A stretch of 64,000 nt of DNA from Oscillospiraceae bacterium (GCA_031262405.1 JAISHS010000033.1:10863-74862), one strand, 5' to 3'. Positions 29,998-40,548 are shown, counted from the first letter of the stretch. Notes: generated by a model from the sequence alone, not told the origin. Made by a program: numbers and translations.

Positions 29998-30680
29998 GGA
30001 AGCGTAAGCAGCGCGCTGGTCTCGGGCAGCTCGCGAAGGCGGGAGCCGACGGCGGCGAGATTGTGGGCGTCTGAGGATGAGATTATCTCCCTGCCGGGGG
30101 GCAGGAAGCCTCGAGAGACGAGGGCAGGATACTTATCGGGGTCGGCTAGCTCGAGGATCGGAAAATCGAGATCGTCCGGACAGAAGCCCAGCACGCTCAA
30201 GAGACTGTAGCTGTCCTTCTCCGCATGGGCGGGCACGCACAGGCCGCCGAGGGACTCGCACAGGCGCTTGACCTCATAGATGTCCAGCGAGCACGCCGCC
30301 GTGAGAAGCTTGTCAACGCGCCCGATGACAGCGTCGTTCTCATCCATTACGAGCTGAGCGCCCCAGATTTTGGGGTCGTAGTGCACGGCGGGCAGCTTTT
30401 CATAGATTGTTTCGCCCATCTTGAGGGCGTTTTCCACACTTGGGAAATAGCACAGCAGGTGAATTTCCTCCGCAGAATTGACCTCAATTCCGGGCAGCAG
30501 CCGTATGCCGTATTCCCGCGCGGCAATCTCGGCGGCGGGGAGGTTGAGGGCGCTGTTATGGTCCGTAACGGCGGCAAAGCCCGCCCCGGCGAGGCGAGCC
30601 AAACCGATTACCGACGCGGGGGTCATGTCATCCTCCGCGCAGGGCGAGAGTGCGGTGTGGAGGTGTAGGTCGTATAACAC
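29994..30680 (-). CDS. PHP domain phosphoesterase
   Basis: LYDLHLHTALSPC and AVTDHNS metal-binding motifs. I place the start at GTG 30680 (GGAGG 8 nt upstream). The longer ORF start at 30707 falls inside a heptamer array. Confidence 0.7.
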   Translation of the reverse strand: MLYDLHLHTALSPCAEDDMTPASVIGLARLAGAGFAAVTDHNSALNLPAAEIAAREYGIRLLPGIEVNSAEEIHLLCYFPSVENALKMGETIYEKLPAVHYDPKIWGAQLVMDENDAVIGRVDKLLTAACSLDIYEVKRLCESLGGLCVPAHAEKDSYSLLSVLGFCPDDLDFPILELADPDKYPALVSRGFLPPGREIISSSDAHNLAAVGSRLRELPETSALLTLP

Positions 30681-30703
30681 GGGAAGTGCCTCCAGTGCAG
30701 CAA

Positions 30704-30757
30704 ACAATTGACAATTGACAATTGAGAATTGACAATTGTGGAGTCGCCAAAGGCGAC
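30704..30757 (+). repeat. Heptamer array (acaattg x3, agaattg, acaattg) plus hairpin gtcgcc/ggcgac
   Basis: Read directly. The array creates four overlapping TTGACA hexamers. Confidence 0.9.
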
Positions 30758-30779
30758 GGATTTGAAAGGGACGAGAGGC

Positions 30780-33125
30780 TTAGAACGCGGAAATGACTAC
30801 TTTTTCCTCCGCTGCGGAGAGGGCGACGCGGGAGACCTTGCCGTGGAGGGTGTCGATGATCTCAGAGGCTATGCAGTCCTCGACCTCCTTCTGGATCAGA
30901 CGGCGCAGATTTCTCGCGCCGTAGGTGAGCGAGAAGCTCTTCCCTGACAGATAGTCCGTGAGCGCATCGTCATAGGTGAGCGTGATGTCCTTTTCCGCCA
31001 TGACGCCTCGAAGCTCCTCGAGCATTAGGGCGGCTATTCGTCGGAAGTCCTCCTGCGTGAGCTTGTTGAAGTAGACGATTTCGTCTACGCGGTTTATAAA
31101 TTCCGGCCGCAGGAAGTCCTTTAGCGCCTTTATGCTCTTCTCCTTGCCCTGGTCGGAGATTGAGCCGGCAAAGCCGACGGTACCGTCCTTACGGTCGCTT
31201 CCGGCGTTCGTGGTCATGATTATGACGGCGTTTTCAAAGTTGACCGTTCTGCCCTGAGCGTCAGTTATGCGCCCGTCGTCCAGAATTTGGAGCAGGACGT
31301 TGAGAACGTCCGGATGGGCTTTTTCAATTTCGTCGAAGAGAATAACGCTGTAGGGCTTTCTTCTCACCTTTTCCGTGAGCTGACCGGCCTCGTCATAGCC
31401 GACGTAGCCTGGGGGAGAGCCGATTATCCGCGAGACGGAGTGCTTTTCCATGAACTCCGACATATCGAGCCTTATGAGCGCTTCGGGAGCATTGAAGAGG
31501 TCTGCCGCCAGACGCTTTACAAGCTCTGTTTTGCCGACGCCGGTGCTGCCGACGAAGATGAAGCTGACGGGCTTGTGCTTGACCGCGAGCCCGATGCGGT
31601 TGCGCTTGATGGCGGCGCAGACCAACTCGACGGCCTCGTCCTGGCCGATTATATGTTGCTTTAGGCGCTCGTGGAGCTTGCCTAAACGCTCAAATTCGTC
31701 CTCGCGGATGTTACTCGCGGGGATTTTTGTCCATAGCTCGATTACCCGCGCTAGGTTCTCCTCCGTCAGGCGGGGTCTGCCATGCGCCTTGAGCATATTC
31801 AGCTCGTCGGTCAGCTGGAGACTTGCGCTGCGGATTGCCGCCAGCCGCTCGAAATGGTCGTTTTCGACGTCGGCAAGGAGCAGATCGCGCTCCTTATCGA
31901 GGTCTGCGATTTGCTTTTCTATAAAGTCGGTGCGCTCTATGTCCGGATTCTTGAGGTTGACGTCTGAACAGGCCTCGTCAATGAGGTCTATTGCCTTGTC
32001 GGGCAGATAGCGGTCGGTTATATAGCGCTCGGAGAGCAGCACCGCCTTGCGGCACATCTCAGCCGAGATTTTGACGGAGTGAAATTCCTCGTAGTAGTGG
32101 GCTATGCCCTTTAGAATCTCGATACTGTCTTCAATCGAAGGCTCCGTGACGGTTACGGGCTGGAACCTACGCTCAAGGGCGGCGTCTTTTTCGATGTGCT
32201 TGCGGTATTCGGAGAAGGTTGTCGCGCCGATTACTTGAATCTCGCCCCTAGAGAGGGCGGGCTTTAGGATGTTTGCGGCGTTCATGCTGCCCTCGGCGTC
32301 GCCGGCGCCGACGATATTGTGAACCTCGTCGATGACGAGAATGATGTTGCCTTCTTTTCGGACCTCCTCGATAAGCCCCTTCATGCGGCTCTCGAACTGG
32401 CCGCGAAACTGAGTTCCGGCGACGAGAGAGGTCAGATCGAGGAGCATGACTTCTTTATCGCGCAGCTTATAGGGCACAGTGCCGTCCGCGATGCGGGAGG
32501 CAAGCCCCTCGGCTATGGCGGTTTTGCCGACGCCCGGCTCGCCGATTAGGCAGGGGTTGTTTTTCTGGCGGCGGTTGAGGATTTGAATTACGCGTTCTAA
32601 TTCCTCCGCGCGGCCAATCATGCTGTCGAGCTTTCCGCTGCGGGCGCGGTCGGTGAGGTCGATGCAGTAGTTGTCCAGAAATTTGCGCTTGGAATTCGGG
32701 CGGCTTTGAGCCTCGCGGGAGTCGCGCTTTTGCTGGCTGCGCTCTGATGCGTTGCGCTCGGCGGGGGGCTGGGAGAAGGCGTTGCTTAAGGGATTTAAGC
32801 CGCCGTCCATCCCGAAGAGGCGATTGAAATAGGGAAAGGTCGCCGTTTTCCCGGCGTCCAAATCGTCGTCGCCGGAATTCGGCTCGATAGGCTCGATGCC
32901 CAGAACGTCTTCCAACCCTAAGGCGTTTGTCATCTCGTTTGAAAAAGCGTCCAGAGCATCGTCAGTAATGCCCATACGCGCGGCTATGTCCTCGACGGGC
33001 TTGATGTGCAGCTCCTTGGCGCATTTGAGGCAGAGACCGTCTGTCTGTGAATGGCCGTTTTCAGTTCTCTGTATAAATACTATAGCCACATTTTTCTTGC
33101 AGCGAGAGCAGATTGTTGGTTGCAT
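30780..33125 (-). CDS. Clp/Hsp100 AAA+ unfoldase with N-terminal zinc ribbon (ClpE-like)
   Basis: N-terminal CSRC...CLKC. There are two AAA modules ([16 protein letters not shown]) and a ClpA/B signature. Confidence 0.8.
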   Translation of the reverse strand: MQPTICSRCKKNVAIVFIQRTENGHSQTDGLCLKCAKELHIKPVEDIAARMGITDDALDAFSNEMTNALGLEDVLGIEPIEPNSGDDDLDAGKTATFPYFNRLFGMDGGLNPLSNAFSQPPAERNASERSQQKRDSREAQSRPNSKRKFLDNYCIDLTDRARSGKLDSMIGRAEELERVIQILNRRQKNNPCLIGEPGVGKTAIAEGLASRIADGTVPYKLRDKEVMLLDLTSLVAGTQFRGQFESRMKGLIEEVRKEGNIILVIDEVHNIVGAGDAEGSMNAANILKPALSRGEIQVIGATTFSEYRKHIEKDAALERRFQPVTVTEPSIEDSIEILKGIAHYYEEFHSVKISAEMCRKAVLLSERYITDRYLPDKAIDLIDEACSDVNLKNPDIERTDFIEKQIADLDKERDLLLADVENDHFERLAAIRSASLQLTDELNMLKAHGRPRLTEENLARVIELWTKIPASNIREDEFERLGKLHERLKQHIIGQDEAVELVCAAIKRNRIGLAVKHKPVSFIFVGSTGVGKTELVKRLAADLFNAPEALIRLDMSEFMEKHSVSRIIGSPPGYVGYDEAGQLTEKVRRKPYSVILFDEIEKAHPDVLNVLLQILDDGRITDAQGRTVNFENAVIIMTTNAGSDRKDGTVGFAGSISDQGKEKSIKALKDFLRPEFINRVDEIVYFNKLTQEDFRRIAALMLEELRGVMAEKDITLTYDDALTDYLSGKSFSLTYGARNLRRLIQKEVEDCIASEIIDTLHGKVSRVALSAAEEKVVISAF

Positions 33126-33169
33126 AGTTTACTCCAATGAAGTACAAAAAGGTTATTAAGAGGCTTTCT

Positions 33170-33889
33170 CTAAATACTCAAGTATTTTGAGAGAAAGTTC
33201 ATTTTTACAAAGTATTTTGATAGGCTCCCGAGCTGCTCCTCGGGCAGGAGCTTTCCGGTGAATTTGAGTATCCACGCCAGTACGCAGCAGAAAGCGAACG
33301 CCACGGCGAGTCCCAGTACCGCGCCGCCGATCATATTCAGTTTATCCATATTCGGTATTTTAAAACTCAGGTTAGTTATGTTGCCCAGAACGGTAAGCAA
33401 AATGAGTACGACCGCGAAGAATAAAATGAAGCAGACATAATAGGTAAGCTTGGCGCACATGACTTCAATTATCGAATATGAGAGGGTTCTGCCGCTCAGC
33501 TCATATTGTTCATACGCCTCCTGCGCCATTTGCTCTGACGTTGCAGCGTAAATGCCCATGTTGAGATAGCTGAGCCTTGCGATTTCGACGGCCTTGTCGG
33601 CGTCGCCGCCTATAATATCCTCCTCGGAGAGGATTTCGGAGGCGGTTCCCGAGACCTCGGTCAGCGCCAGCTCAATCGCGCCGTCGGCGCCCTCCATATA
33701 GCCCGAGACAAAGGGGCGCAGCATGGGCGTTGCCATGGACGAGAAGGTGTCCGACAGCAAATCTCCGGCGAAGAGCGAGACAACAATAATAAGTATGCTT
33801 CCTACGGTCATAACGAGACCCTTTTTGTATCCGCCCCAGACGCAAGCTATAATTATAGCTATAAAAACCAGCTCAATCAATAATTTCAT
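33170..33889 (-). CDS. CvpA family membrane protein
   Basis: MKLLIELVFIAIIIACVWGGYKKGLV is a CvpA-type N-terminus, with multiple TM segments. The start is ambiguous (TTG 33901, GTG 33898 or ATG 33889). Confidence 0.6.
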   Translation of the reverse strand: MKLLIELVFIAIIIACVWGGYKKGLVMTVGSILIIVVSLFAGDLLSDTFSSMATPMLRPFVSGYMEGADGAIELALTEVSGTASEILSEEDIIGGDADKAVEIARLSYLNMGIYAATSEQMAQEAYEQYELSGRTLSYSIIEVMCAKLTYYVCFILFFAVVLILLTVLGNITNLSFKIPNMDKLNMIGGAVLGLAVAFAFCCVLAWILKFTGKLLPEEQLGSLSKYFVKMNFLSKYLSI

Positions 33890-33956
33890 TTCCTGCACCA
33901 ATCCCCCGCTAAGTATATATTGTGAGTTAATTTATGTTTTAGTATGTAAAAAAGCC

Positions 33957-35066
33957 TCATAGCTTCAGTTTCTCGCCGTGGTAGGGCGAGAGCAGCAGCG
34001 CATCGCCGTCTGGCAAAAGAACGCCGTCGCCAAAGCCCGCGGGCGCGCTCGCTCGCGAAACGGATTTTAGGTTGCGCGAGAACACCACAGCCTCGCCGCC
34101 GCCGAGGGCGAGAAGCCTTCCGCCCGAGGCCGTCAACGAGAGCGGCTCGAAGCTCAGTTCTACTGAGCCCAGAGTCTCGCCGTCGCCTCCGAAACTGAGC
34201 AGCGTAACCGCGCCGCCGGAGACATAGCGGCTGAGCGCAACGGCGCAGAAATCCTCTGAAATGTGAAAGGCCGAGAGCGACATATCCTCAAAATCTATCG
34301 TGTTCACGGCGCCTGAGTCCGGCTTTTCGGCGTCATAGAAGCGAAGGGCGCTCTCCGAGAGGAGGGCGAAATTTTTTGAGGAGCCGGAGGTAAAATCAAG
34401 CTGAAACGCCAGCTCGCCGGGAAGCGATATCGAGGCAAGCTCAGCTTCGCTGCTGCGGTCAAAGATATGTACCACGCTGCCCGAGGTCTCGACGCACAGT
34501 GCCGCGAAGGTGCGATTGTCCGAGGAGAGGGCGGCGTCGAGCAGATAGCCCGAGCCGGAAAACCACTTGTAGACCTCCTGCCCGGTCTCGTCCAGAATGG
34601 TGACGGAGCCCTTGTAGCCCGACTCCTCCGTACCGACGAGAAGGAAGCCTCCCGACCCTAAGTCCGCGCAGATAATTGGGTTTTTTGTATCGAGATTTAT
34701 TAGCCTGCCGCCGGAGTAAAATCGAAGAGCAGTTCCGCCGACGTCATAGAAAACGCAGCTGCTTTCACTTGCGGAGAGCGCGGGATTTTTTGCGGAATAG
34801 ACCTGTCTCTCGAGGGCAAAGCCCTCGCCGTCGAGCAGCTGGAGACCCGTTGAGGAGGAAATGGCAAGCTTATTGCCCACGAGCGCAAAGCGGGCAAGCG
34901 CGCCGTATTCATAGGAATACGCAAGCCGCTCATCGGCGTTTTCGCCGTTGCGGTTTTGGGCAAGCTTGTCTCGGTTGGCGATAAGCAGCACCGTCGCTAT
35001 GGCGATAAACGCGAGCACGATTATTAAAACGGGTCGGCTCTTGCGCTTTGTTACTGTTTCAGGCAT
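33957..35066 (-). CDS. Hypothetical membrane-anchored protein, repeat-rich extracytoplasmic domain
   Basis: N-terminal TM anchor PVLIIVLAFIAIATVLLI followed by a beta-rich region. I cannot name the family confidently. Confidence 0.5.
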   Translation of the reverse strand: MPETVTKRKSRPVLIIVLAFIAIATVLLIANRDKLAQNRNGENADERLAYSYEYGALARFALVGNKLAISSSTGLQLLDGEGFALERQVYSAKNPALSASESSCVFYDVGGTALRFYSGGRLINLDTKNPIICADLGSGGFLLVGTEESGYKGSVTILDETGQEVYKWFSGSGYLLDAALSSDNRTFAALCVETSGSVVHIFDRSSEAELASISLPGELAFQLDFTSGSSKNFALLSESALRFYDAEKPDSGAVNTIDFEDMSLSAFHISEDFCAVALSRYVSGGAVTLLSFGGDGETLGSVELSFEPLSLTASGGRLLALGGGEAVVFSRNLKSVSRASAPAGFGDGVLLPDGDALLLSPYHGEKLKL

Positions 35067-35190
35067 AGAATAACCTCTATACTATAACATAAAAAAGTTG
35101 TCAATGGTAGATATTTTGAAAATTTTCGCGTCTGACTAAGTACACAGCAGTAGCGAGAGATTTTTTCGTCAGACGAGGGAAAAATATCCG

Positions 35191-35955
35191 CTACTTAAAC
35201 ATCAGACCTGCCGCTCCCGGATACCATACTCGTGACATATACAGCCCGCCGGGGGGCATGGTGGGCCCCGCGAGGCGGCGCTCGCCGCGCTCAAGAAGCG
35301 CGGGAATGTCATCGGGCTTAATTTTGCCCGCGCCGCACCAGACTACGGTGCCCATAATGGCGCGAACCATGTTGTAGAGAAAGCCGTCCGCGCAGACGCT
35401 CATAGTATAGACGTCGCCGGCTCTCTCAATGTTACACCAAAAAACGGTTCTGACGGTACTTTTTGTTTCGGAGCCGACGCTGCGCACGGCGGCAAAGTCG
35501 TGAGTGCCGACAAACTTCTCGCAGGCGGCGCTCATGCGCTTGTAATCCAGCGCGCCGGGATAGAAGCAGGCGCGGTTTTGGAGAAAGGGGTCGCGGATGC
35601 GAGTATTGCTAAGCTTGTAGATGTATTCCTTCTTTTCGCAGGAGAGGATGGCGTTAAAATCCCCCAACTCCTCGCAGGCGTCGAGAACCGAGATATCGTC
35701 CGGCAGGGCGGTGTTGAAGGCAAGCGGCATTCGCGGGACGGGAATTGTGCAGTCGGTTTTGAAGCCCGCGCAGTAGCTCAGCGCGTGCACCCCGGCGTCC
35801 GTGCGCCCGCAGCCGGTTGCCTTTACCTCGTGGCCGCAAACCCGCGAGAGGGCGGCCTCCAACGTTGCGCCGACCGTCGGCACGCCGGGCCTTTGAACCT
35901 GCCAGCCGTGGTAGGCTGTGCCATCGTAGCGCAGCTTTAAGGCTATGTTTCTCAT
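35191..35955 (-). CDS. truA: tRNA pseudouridine(38-40) synthase
   Basis: MRNIALKLRYDGTAYHGWQ and the catalytic motif GCGRTDAGVHA. Confidence 0.9.
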   Translation of the reverse strand: MRNIALKLRYDGTAYHGWQVQRPGVPTVGATLEAALSRVCGHEVKATGCGRTDAGVHALSYCAGFKTDCTIPVPRMPLAFNTALPDDISVLDACEELGDFNAILSCEKKEYIYKLSNTRIRDPFLQNRACFYPGALDYKRMSAACEKFVGTHDFAAVRSVGSETKSTVRTVFWCNIERAGDVYTMSVCADGFLYNMVRAIMGTVVWCGAGKIKPDDIPALLERGERRLAGPTMPPGGLYMSRVWYPGAAGLMFK

Positions 35956-36761
35956 ATTCCAAACCTCACAGCCAAAAAGATAATAGTCGCGAGCATAAAG
36001 GCGGAAAAAGCCAGAAAGCCTAAGTCCGCACCGGACATTTTGAGAACGCTCATGCGAGTTCTGCCGTCGCCGCCGTTATAGCAGCGCGACTCCATAGCTG
36101 TAGCAAGCTCGTCCGCCCTGCGAAAGGCACTTACAAAGAGCGGAATTAAAAGCGGCAGCAGCGCCTTTGCGCGCTGTGTCAGGCGACCGGTCTCAAAGTC
36201 CGCGCCGCGCGCCTTCTGGGCGTTCATGATCTTGTCGGTCTCTTCTATGAGAGTGGGGATAAAGCGCAGGGCAATGCTCATCATCATGGACAGCTCGTGC
36301 ACCGGAAAGCGGATGCGTTTCAAGGGACTCAGCAGCTTTTCCATACCGTCAGTTATGGCAAGGGGCGTGGTGGTATAGGTCAGCATGAGCGTTCCCATGA
36401 TGAGCAGCATTATGCGCAGTATCATGTAGCCCGCGCGGATTAAGCCCTGATCGGTTATCGTGATGATCCAGAAGGAGGCAAGCACTCTTCCCTCGCGCTG
36501 ATAGAGCAGATTTAAGATAGCGGTCAGAACGATTAGAAAGGCGATGGGCTTCAGCCCGCTCACGAGCGCCGAGGCGGGGATTTTCGCGACGATTACCATT
36601 GCGAGAAAGACCGCGAGGATGATGCAATAGGAAATCCAGCTCTTGGCTATGAAGAGCGCCGCGATATAGATAACCGTGAAGAGCAGCTTGCTTCTCGGGT
36701 CGAGGCGGTGGATAAACGAGCTTCCGGGGAAATACTGCCCTAAGGTGACGTCCTTTAGCAT
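35952..36761 (-). CDS. ecfT: ECF transporter transmembrane (T) component
   Basis: Membrane protein downstream of two EcfA ATPases, with conserved ARG...F/A-R motifs. Confidence 0.85.
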   Translation of the reverse strand: MLKDVTLGQYFPGSSFIHRLDPRSKLLFTVIYIAALFIAKSWISYCIILAVFLAMVIVAKIPASALVSGLKPIAFLIVLTAILNLLYQREGRVLASFWIITITDQGLIRAGYMILRIMLLIMGTLMLTYTTTPLAITDGMEKLLSPLKRIRFPVHELSMMMSIALRFIPTLIEETDKIMNAQKARGADFETGRLTQRAKALLPLLIPLFVSAFRRADELATAMESRCYNGGDGRTRMSVLKMSGADLGFLAFSAFMLATIIFLAVRFGI

Positions 36762-37618
36762 GGCGCTCCCCCCTTTCTCAACGCGCAGATCGCGTGCTTG
36801 AGTCCGGAGAGGGTATAGCAGTTTTCGGGCACGTCGAGACCGAGCTCGCGCAGCTTTCCCGCGATTGCCGTCGCGGCGGGCACATCCAGCCCGATTGCAC
36901 GGAGAGCCTCGCTGCGGGAGAAGACTTCCTCCGGCGTGCCGTCCATTACCACGCGGCCAGAGTCGAAGACGATGAGCCGTGAGGTATATCTCGCGACAAG
37001 CTCCATGCTGTGTGAGACAAAGATGACCGTCGCGCCGGTCTCATGCCGATAGGCTTCGATGTTGCGCATCAGCTCCTCGCAGCCTTTGGGGTCAAGACCC
37101 GCCGTCGGCTCGTCGAGGACGAGCGCGCCGGGGCGCATGGCTATTACCCCAGCGATTGCGACCCTTCGCTTCTGTCCGCCGGAGAGCTCCAAGGGGGATA
37201 AGTCAAACAGCGACTCGGAAAGACCCACGAAGCGGGCGGCCTCATGCACTCGCTCGTCAATCTCGGCCTTGCTCAGTTTCATGTTGTGCGGGCCGAAGGC
37301 AATGTCGCGGTAAACAGTCTCTTCAAAGAGCTGGTATTCCGGATATTGAAACACCAGACCGACCTTGAAACGGGCGTCGCGTCGCGACGCCTTCGAGGCG
37401 TTTATGTCCTCGCCGTCGAGAAAAACCTGTCCGGAGCTTGGGCAGAGCAGTCCGTTTAGGTGCTGCACGAAGGTGGTTTTACCGCTGCCGGTGTGGCCGA
37501 TTATGCCGACGCTGGAGCCGGAAGCTATCTTAATATTTATATTTTCAATCGCCGTGTTTTTAAAAACAGTGGCGGGGCTGTAGACATGGGTTAGCAGCCG
37601 CGTTTCTATTGTCGGCAT
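36755..37618 (-). CDS. ecfA2: ECF transporter ATPase component A2
   Basis: Walker A is GHTGSGKTT and the signature is LSGGQKRRVAIA. The start ATG is at 37618 (MPTIETRLL). Confidence 0.85.
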   Translation of the reverse strand: MPTIETRLLTHVYSPATVFKNTAIENINIKIASGSSVGIIGHTGSGKTTFVQHLNGLLCPSSGQVFLDGEDINASKASRRDARFKVGLVFQYPEYQLFEETVYRDIAFGPHNMKLSKAEIDERVHEAARFVGLSESLFDLSPLELSGGQKRRVAIAGVIAMRPGALVLDEPTAGLDPKGCEELMRNIEAYRHETGATVIFVSHSMELVARYTSRLIVFDSGRVVMDGTPEEVFSRSEALRAIGLDVPAATAIAGKLRELGLDVPENCYTLSGLKHAICALRKGGAPC

Positions 37619-38463
37619 TCCTGTTCCTTTTGCAGCGCGGCGAAAATGGCTCCGGCGCACTCGTCAAGAGTGAGCGCGCCCTGCGGGACGGGAAGTCCCT
37701 CCTCGCGCAGCTGCGAGAGTAAATTTACGGCGTCGGGGACGGTCAGTCCCAGCGCCTCCAGCTCCCCCGCGCGCGCAAAAATCTCGCGGGGGGTGCCCTG
37801 CATGACGATTTTTCCGGCGTCCATGACGCAGAGCTTATCCGCGCTAGAGCCCTCCTCCATGTGGTGGGTGATGAGGATTATTGTGGTTCCGAAATCGCGG
37901 CACAGACGCTTTATCGCGGAGATAACCTCGCGGCGGCCGGAGGGATCGAGCATAGCCGTCGGCTCGTCGAGCACAATGCAGCGGGCGTCCTGAGCGATTA
38001 CCCCGGCGAGCGCCACGCGCTGCTTCTGCCCGCCGGAGAGAAGGTGGGGGCTGTGATGGCGGTATTCGTACATATCGACCTGCTTTAGCGCGGCGTCCAC
38101 GCGCCGCCTAATCTCCGCCGGTTCGACGCCGAGATTTTCCGGAGCGAAGGCGACGTCCTCCTCCACCACGGAGGCGACCAGCTGATTGTCCGGATTTTGA
38201 AACACCATCCCCACGAGCCTTCGTATGCTGAGGAGCTTCTCTGAGTCGCGGGCGTCCATACCGCCGACGAGCACGCGCCCGGCTCTCGGGGTGTAGATAC
38301 CGTTGAGCAGCTTTGCCAGAGTGGATTTTCCGGAGCCGTTGCGCCCTATTATAACGACGAAGCTTCCGGGGGCAACGTCCAAGGAGACGCCGCGAAGCGC
38401 GTCGGGCGCACCGTCGCCGCCGTAGCTGAAATAGACGTCCTCGACCTTTATAATCGGCTCCAT
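37606..38463 (-). CDS. ecfA1: ECF transporter ATPase component A1
   Basis: Walker A is GRNGSGKST and the signature is LSGGQKQRVALA. The start ATG at 38463 forms an ATGA overlap with the upstream gene. Confidence 0.85.
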   Translation of the reverse strand: MEPIIKVEDVYFSYGGDGAPDALRGVSLDVAPGSFVVIIGRNGSGKSTLAKLLNGIYTPRAGRVLVGGMDARDSEKLLSIRRLVGMVFQNPDNQLVASVVEEDVAFAPENLGVEPAEIRRRVDAALKQVDMYEYRHHSPHLLSGGQKQRVALAGVIAQDARCIVLDEPTAMLDPSGRREVISAIKRLCRDFGTTIILITHHMEEGSSADKLCVMDAGKIVMQGTPREIFARAGELEALGLTVPDAVNLLSQLREEGLPVPQGALTLDECAGAIFAALQKEQECRQ

Positions 38464-39326
38464 CAGCGCGCCTCCCATCGGCAAGCTGCGCCGCAGGGTA
38501 AAAACAGTCCCGAAGCCGTCACCGGCAGAGCAAGCTCCCGACTTTCGCTGTGTCCGGCAAAGCGCTTTGAGAAGACGCTCTCGGCGATATAGCTGAGGGT
38601 CGAGGGGGAAAGCCCCGTCGTGTAGGAGTTTATTATCACAAAGAGCGGCTCGTCCGTCAGCAGCCGCGCCGTGAGGGAGACGAAGTCCCAGAGGCTCTCC
38701 TCGAGCTTCCAGGTCTCGCCGCGCGGGCCGCGCCCGAAGGAGGGCGGGTCCATTATAATCGCGTCATATTTCACCCCGCGCCTAATCTCGCGCTCGGCAA
38801 ATTTCACGCAGTCGTCGATGATCCAGCGGATCGGCGCCGACTCCAGCCCGCTCTCTCGGGCGTTCTCCCGCGCCCAAGACACCATGCCCTTCGCGGCGTC
38901 CACATGGCAGACCTTTGCCCCGGCTCTAGCGCAGGCGAGGGTCGCCGCGCCCGTATAGGCGAAGAGGTTGAGCACGCTCACGTCGCGCCCGGCAGAGCGG
39001 ATTTTTGCTCCGGCATAGTCCCAGTTGACCGCTTGCTCGGGGAAAAGCCCCGTGTGCTTGAAGTTCATGGGCTTTATGTTGAAGGTAAGCTGTCCGTATT
39101 TAACCTGCCAGCGTTCGGGAAGGCGCTTTATGTCCCAAAATCCGCCGCCGGAGTCGGCTCGCTTGTAGACGGCGGAGGGCTTTTTCCAAGCGGGCGAGAC
39201 TTTTTCGGTTTTCCAGATGACCTGAGGGTCGGGGCGTATGAGAAGCTGGCTGCCCCAGCGCTCTAACCGCTCGCCGTCGGAGCAGTCTAGCAGCTCATAG
39301 TCCTTCCAATTGTCTGATACCCACAT
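38463..39326 (-). CDS. Class I SAM-dependent (RlmI/RlmK-like) methyltransferase
   Basis: SAM motif LNLFAYTGAATLA and catalytic motif IIMDPPSFG. Confidence 0.7.
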   Translation of the reverse strand: MWVSDNWKDYELLDCSDGERLERWGSQLLIRPDPQVIWKTEKVSPAWKKPSAVYKRADSGGGFWDIKRLPERWQVKYGQLTFNIKPMNFKHTGLFPEQAVNWDYAGAKIRSAGRDVSVLNLFAYTGAATLACARAGAKVCHVDAAKGMVSWARENARESGLESAPIRWIIDDCVKFAEREIRRGVKYDAIIMDPPSFGRGPRGETWKLEESLWDFVSLTARLLTDEPLFVIINSYTTGLSPSTLSYIAESVFSKRFAGHSESRELALPVTASGLFLPCGAACRWEAR

Positions 39327-39345
39327 CGTTTTACCTTTCAGGTAA

Positions 39346-39381
39346 TTGAATAATGCAGTCGCTGTGCGACTAATTATTCAA
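39346..39381. repeat. Extended hairpin ttgaataat-gc-agtcgc tgt gcgact-a-attattcaa
   Basis: Read directly. It has the same GTCGC core as the other hairpins. Confidence 0.8.
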
Positions 39382-39384
39382 CGA

Positions 39385-39435
39385 AAATAATAAATAAAAA
39401 ATAATAGATAATAATTATTGAGTCGCTAAAGCGAC
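39385..39435 (+). repeat. Heptamer array (aaataat aaataaa aaataat agataat aattatt) plus hairpin gagtcgc/gcgac
   Basis: Read directly. Confidence 0.8.
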
Positions 39436-39517
39436 AACATTATATACAAATAAAAAATCAGATTATTATAGCATATATAAGAACAAACGTCAAACGGCAA
39501 AAAAATATTGAAACCTC

Positions 39518-39546
39518 TTGCATATTCCCCGCGTCTTAATTATAAT
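39518..39546 (+). promoter_or_regulatory. Sigma-A promoter (TTGCAT-17-TATAAT) for the SGNH hydrolase gene
   Basis: Hexamers read directly. Confidence 0.55.
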
Positions 39547-39598
39547 AGACGGGCTGGCGTTTTAAAGAGAGAAATCTTATTACGGGGGGGTGAGCTGT

Positions 39599-40441
39599 GT
39601 GAAGCGGGCTGAAAAACATTACATACATATTCGCATTCCGGCGCTTTTTCTTGTTTTGATAATGCTGCTCTCAATGGCTTCCTGCTCGCATTCGGAAGAC
39701 TCTCCGGCAGCTGAGGAGCCTTCGGAGTCCCCGTTCGACAGCCTTGGCGTTGAAATCGAGCCGCCGGAAATAAAGCCCCTCGCGCCGATTCCGCCGGAAA
39801 CAAGCCTTGAGCTGCCCTCCCCTACTCCGTCGCAGCTTTTGCCCCCCAACATTCCGGAGCAGCCGCGCGCCGACGATGATTTCTTCGCGGACGCCGCCTT
39901 TATGGGCAACTCACTCATGGACGGCTTTCGGATGTTCTCGGGAATTGCAACCAGCGACTATTTCGCCGTTACCAGCATGACGGTGCTCGGCGTTTCAAGC
40001 TCTGTTTGCGTCACGCTTGACAACGGCGCGGCGGGGACGATTATTGACGGTCTGACCCAGAAGCCCTATGGCAAGATTTACACCCTGCTGGGCATAAACG
40101 AGATCGGGATGGCTGTCGACGCCTTTATAGAAGAATATGGGTCTATGCTTGACAAAATTATCGCGGCTCAGCCAGACTGTGACATATATGTGATGGGCAT
40201 AACGCCCGTCAGTCAGGCGAAAAGCTCGTCTCACGAGCTTTTCAACATGCCCCGCATAAACGAATATAACGCGGCGCTCAAGGAGCTTGCCGCGGACAAG
40301 GGCTGCTATTACATGGACCTGGTAGAGGCTCTTGCCGGTGAGGACGGCTTTTTGCCCGCCGCCGAGACCTCGGACGGGGTGCACTTCTCAGCATCGCTGT
40401 ATGAGACCTGGGCGGAATATGTAAGAACGCATTACGTATAG
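39599..40441 (+). CDS. SGNH/GDSL-family hydrolase lipoprotein
   Basis: Signal peptide with lipobox LSMASC, block I FMGNSLMDG and block V DGVHFS. The GTG start at 39599 follows a G7 run by 8 nt. 39590 is an alternative start. Confidence 0.7.
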   Translation: MKRAEKHYIHIRIPALFLVLIMLLSMASCSHSEDSPAAEEPSESPFDSLGVEIEPPEIKPLAPIPPETSLELPSPTPSQLLPPNIPEQPRADDDFFADAAFMGNSLMDGFRMFSGIATSDYFAVTSMTVLGVSSSVCVTLDNGAAGTIIDGLTQKPYGKIYTLLGINEIGMAVDAFIEEYGSMLDKIIAAQPDCDIYVMGITPVSQAKSSSHELFNMPRINEYNAALKELAADKGCYYMDLVEALAGEDGFLPAAETSDGVHFSASLYETWAEYVRTHYV

Positions 40442-40466
40442 CCGATGGCTATACGTAATGCGTTCT
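40424..40466. repeat. Perfect 20-bp palindrome whose left arm is the last 5 codons plus stop of the SGNH gene
   Basis: agaacgcattacgtatagcc gat ggctatacgtaatgcgttct. Confidence 0.9.
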
Positions 40467-40474
40467 AATAATAT

Positions 40475-40548
40475 GTAGGGGCGCGCATTGCGCGTCCGCG
40501 TCTCCAACGGGTGCGATCGTGTGGCGGACGCGCGATGCGCGCCCCTAC
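40475..40548. repeat. REPIN-like doublet: 25-nt arms starting GTAG, inverted, separated by a 24-nt spacer
   Basis: gtaggggcgcgcattgcgcgtccgc ... gcggacgcgcgatgcgcgcccctac, with one mismatch. Confidence 0.8.

Noticed and set aside
33126-33169. I looked for a CtsR operator (tandem GGTCAAA heptads) upstream of the ClpE-like gene.
   Set aside because: The 44-nt gap upstream contains no GGTCAAA repeat. The nearby heptamer array (30704-30738) is downstream of the gene and has a different unit.
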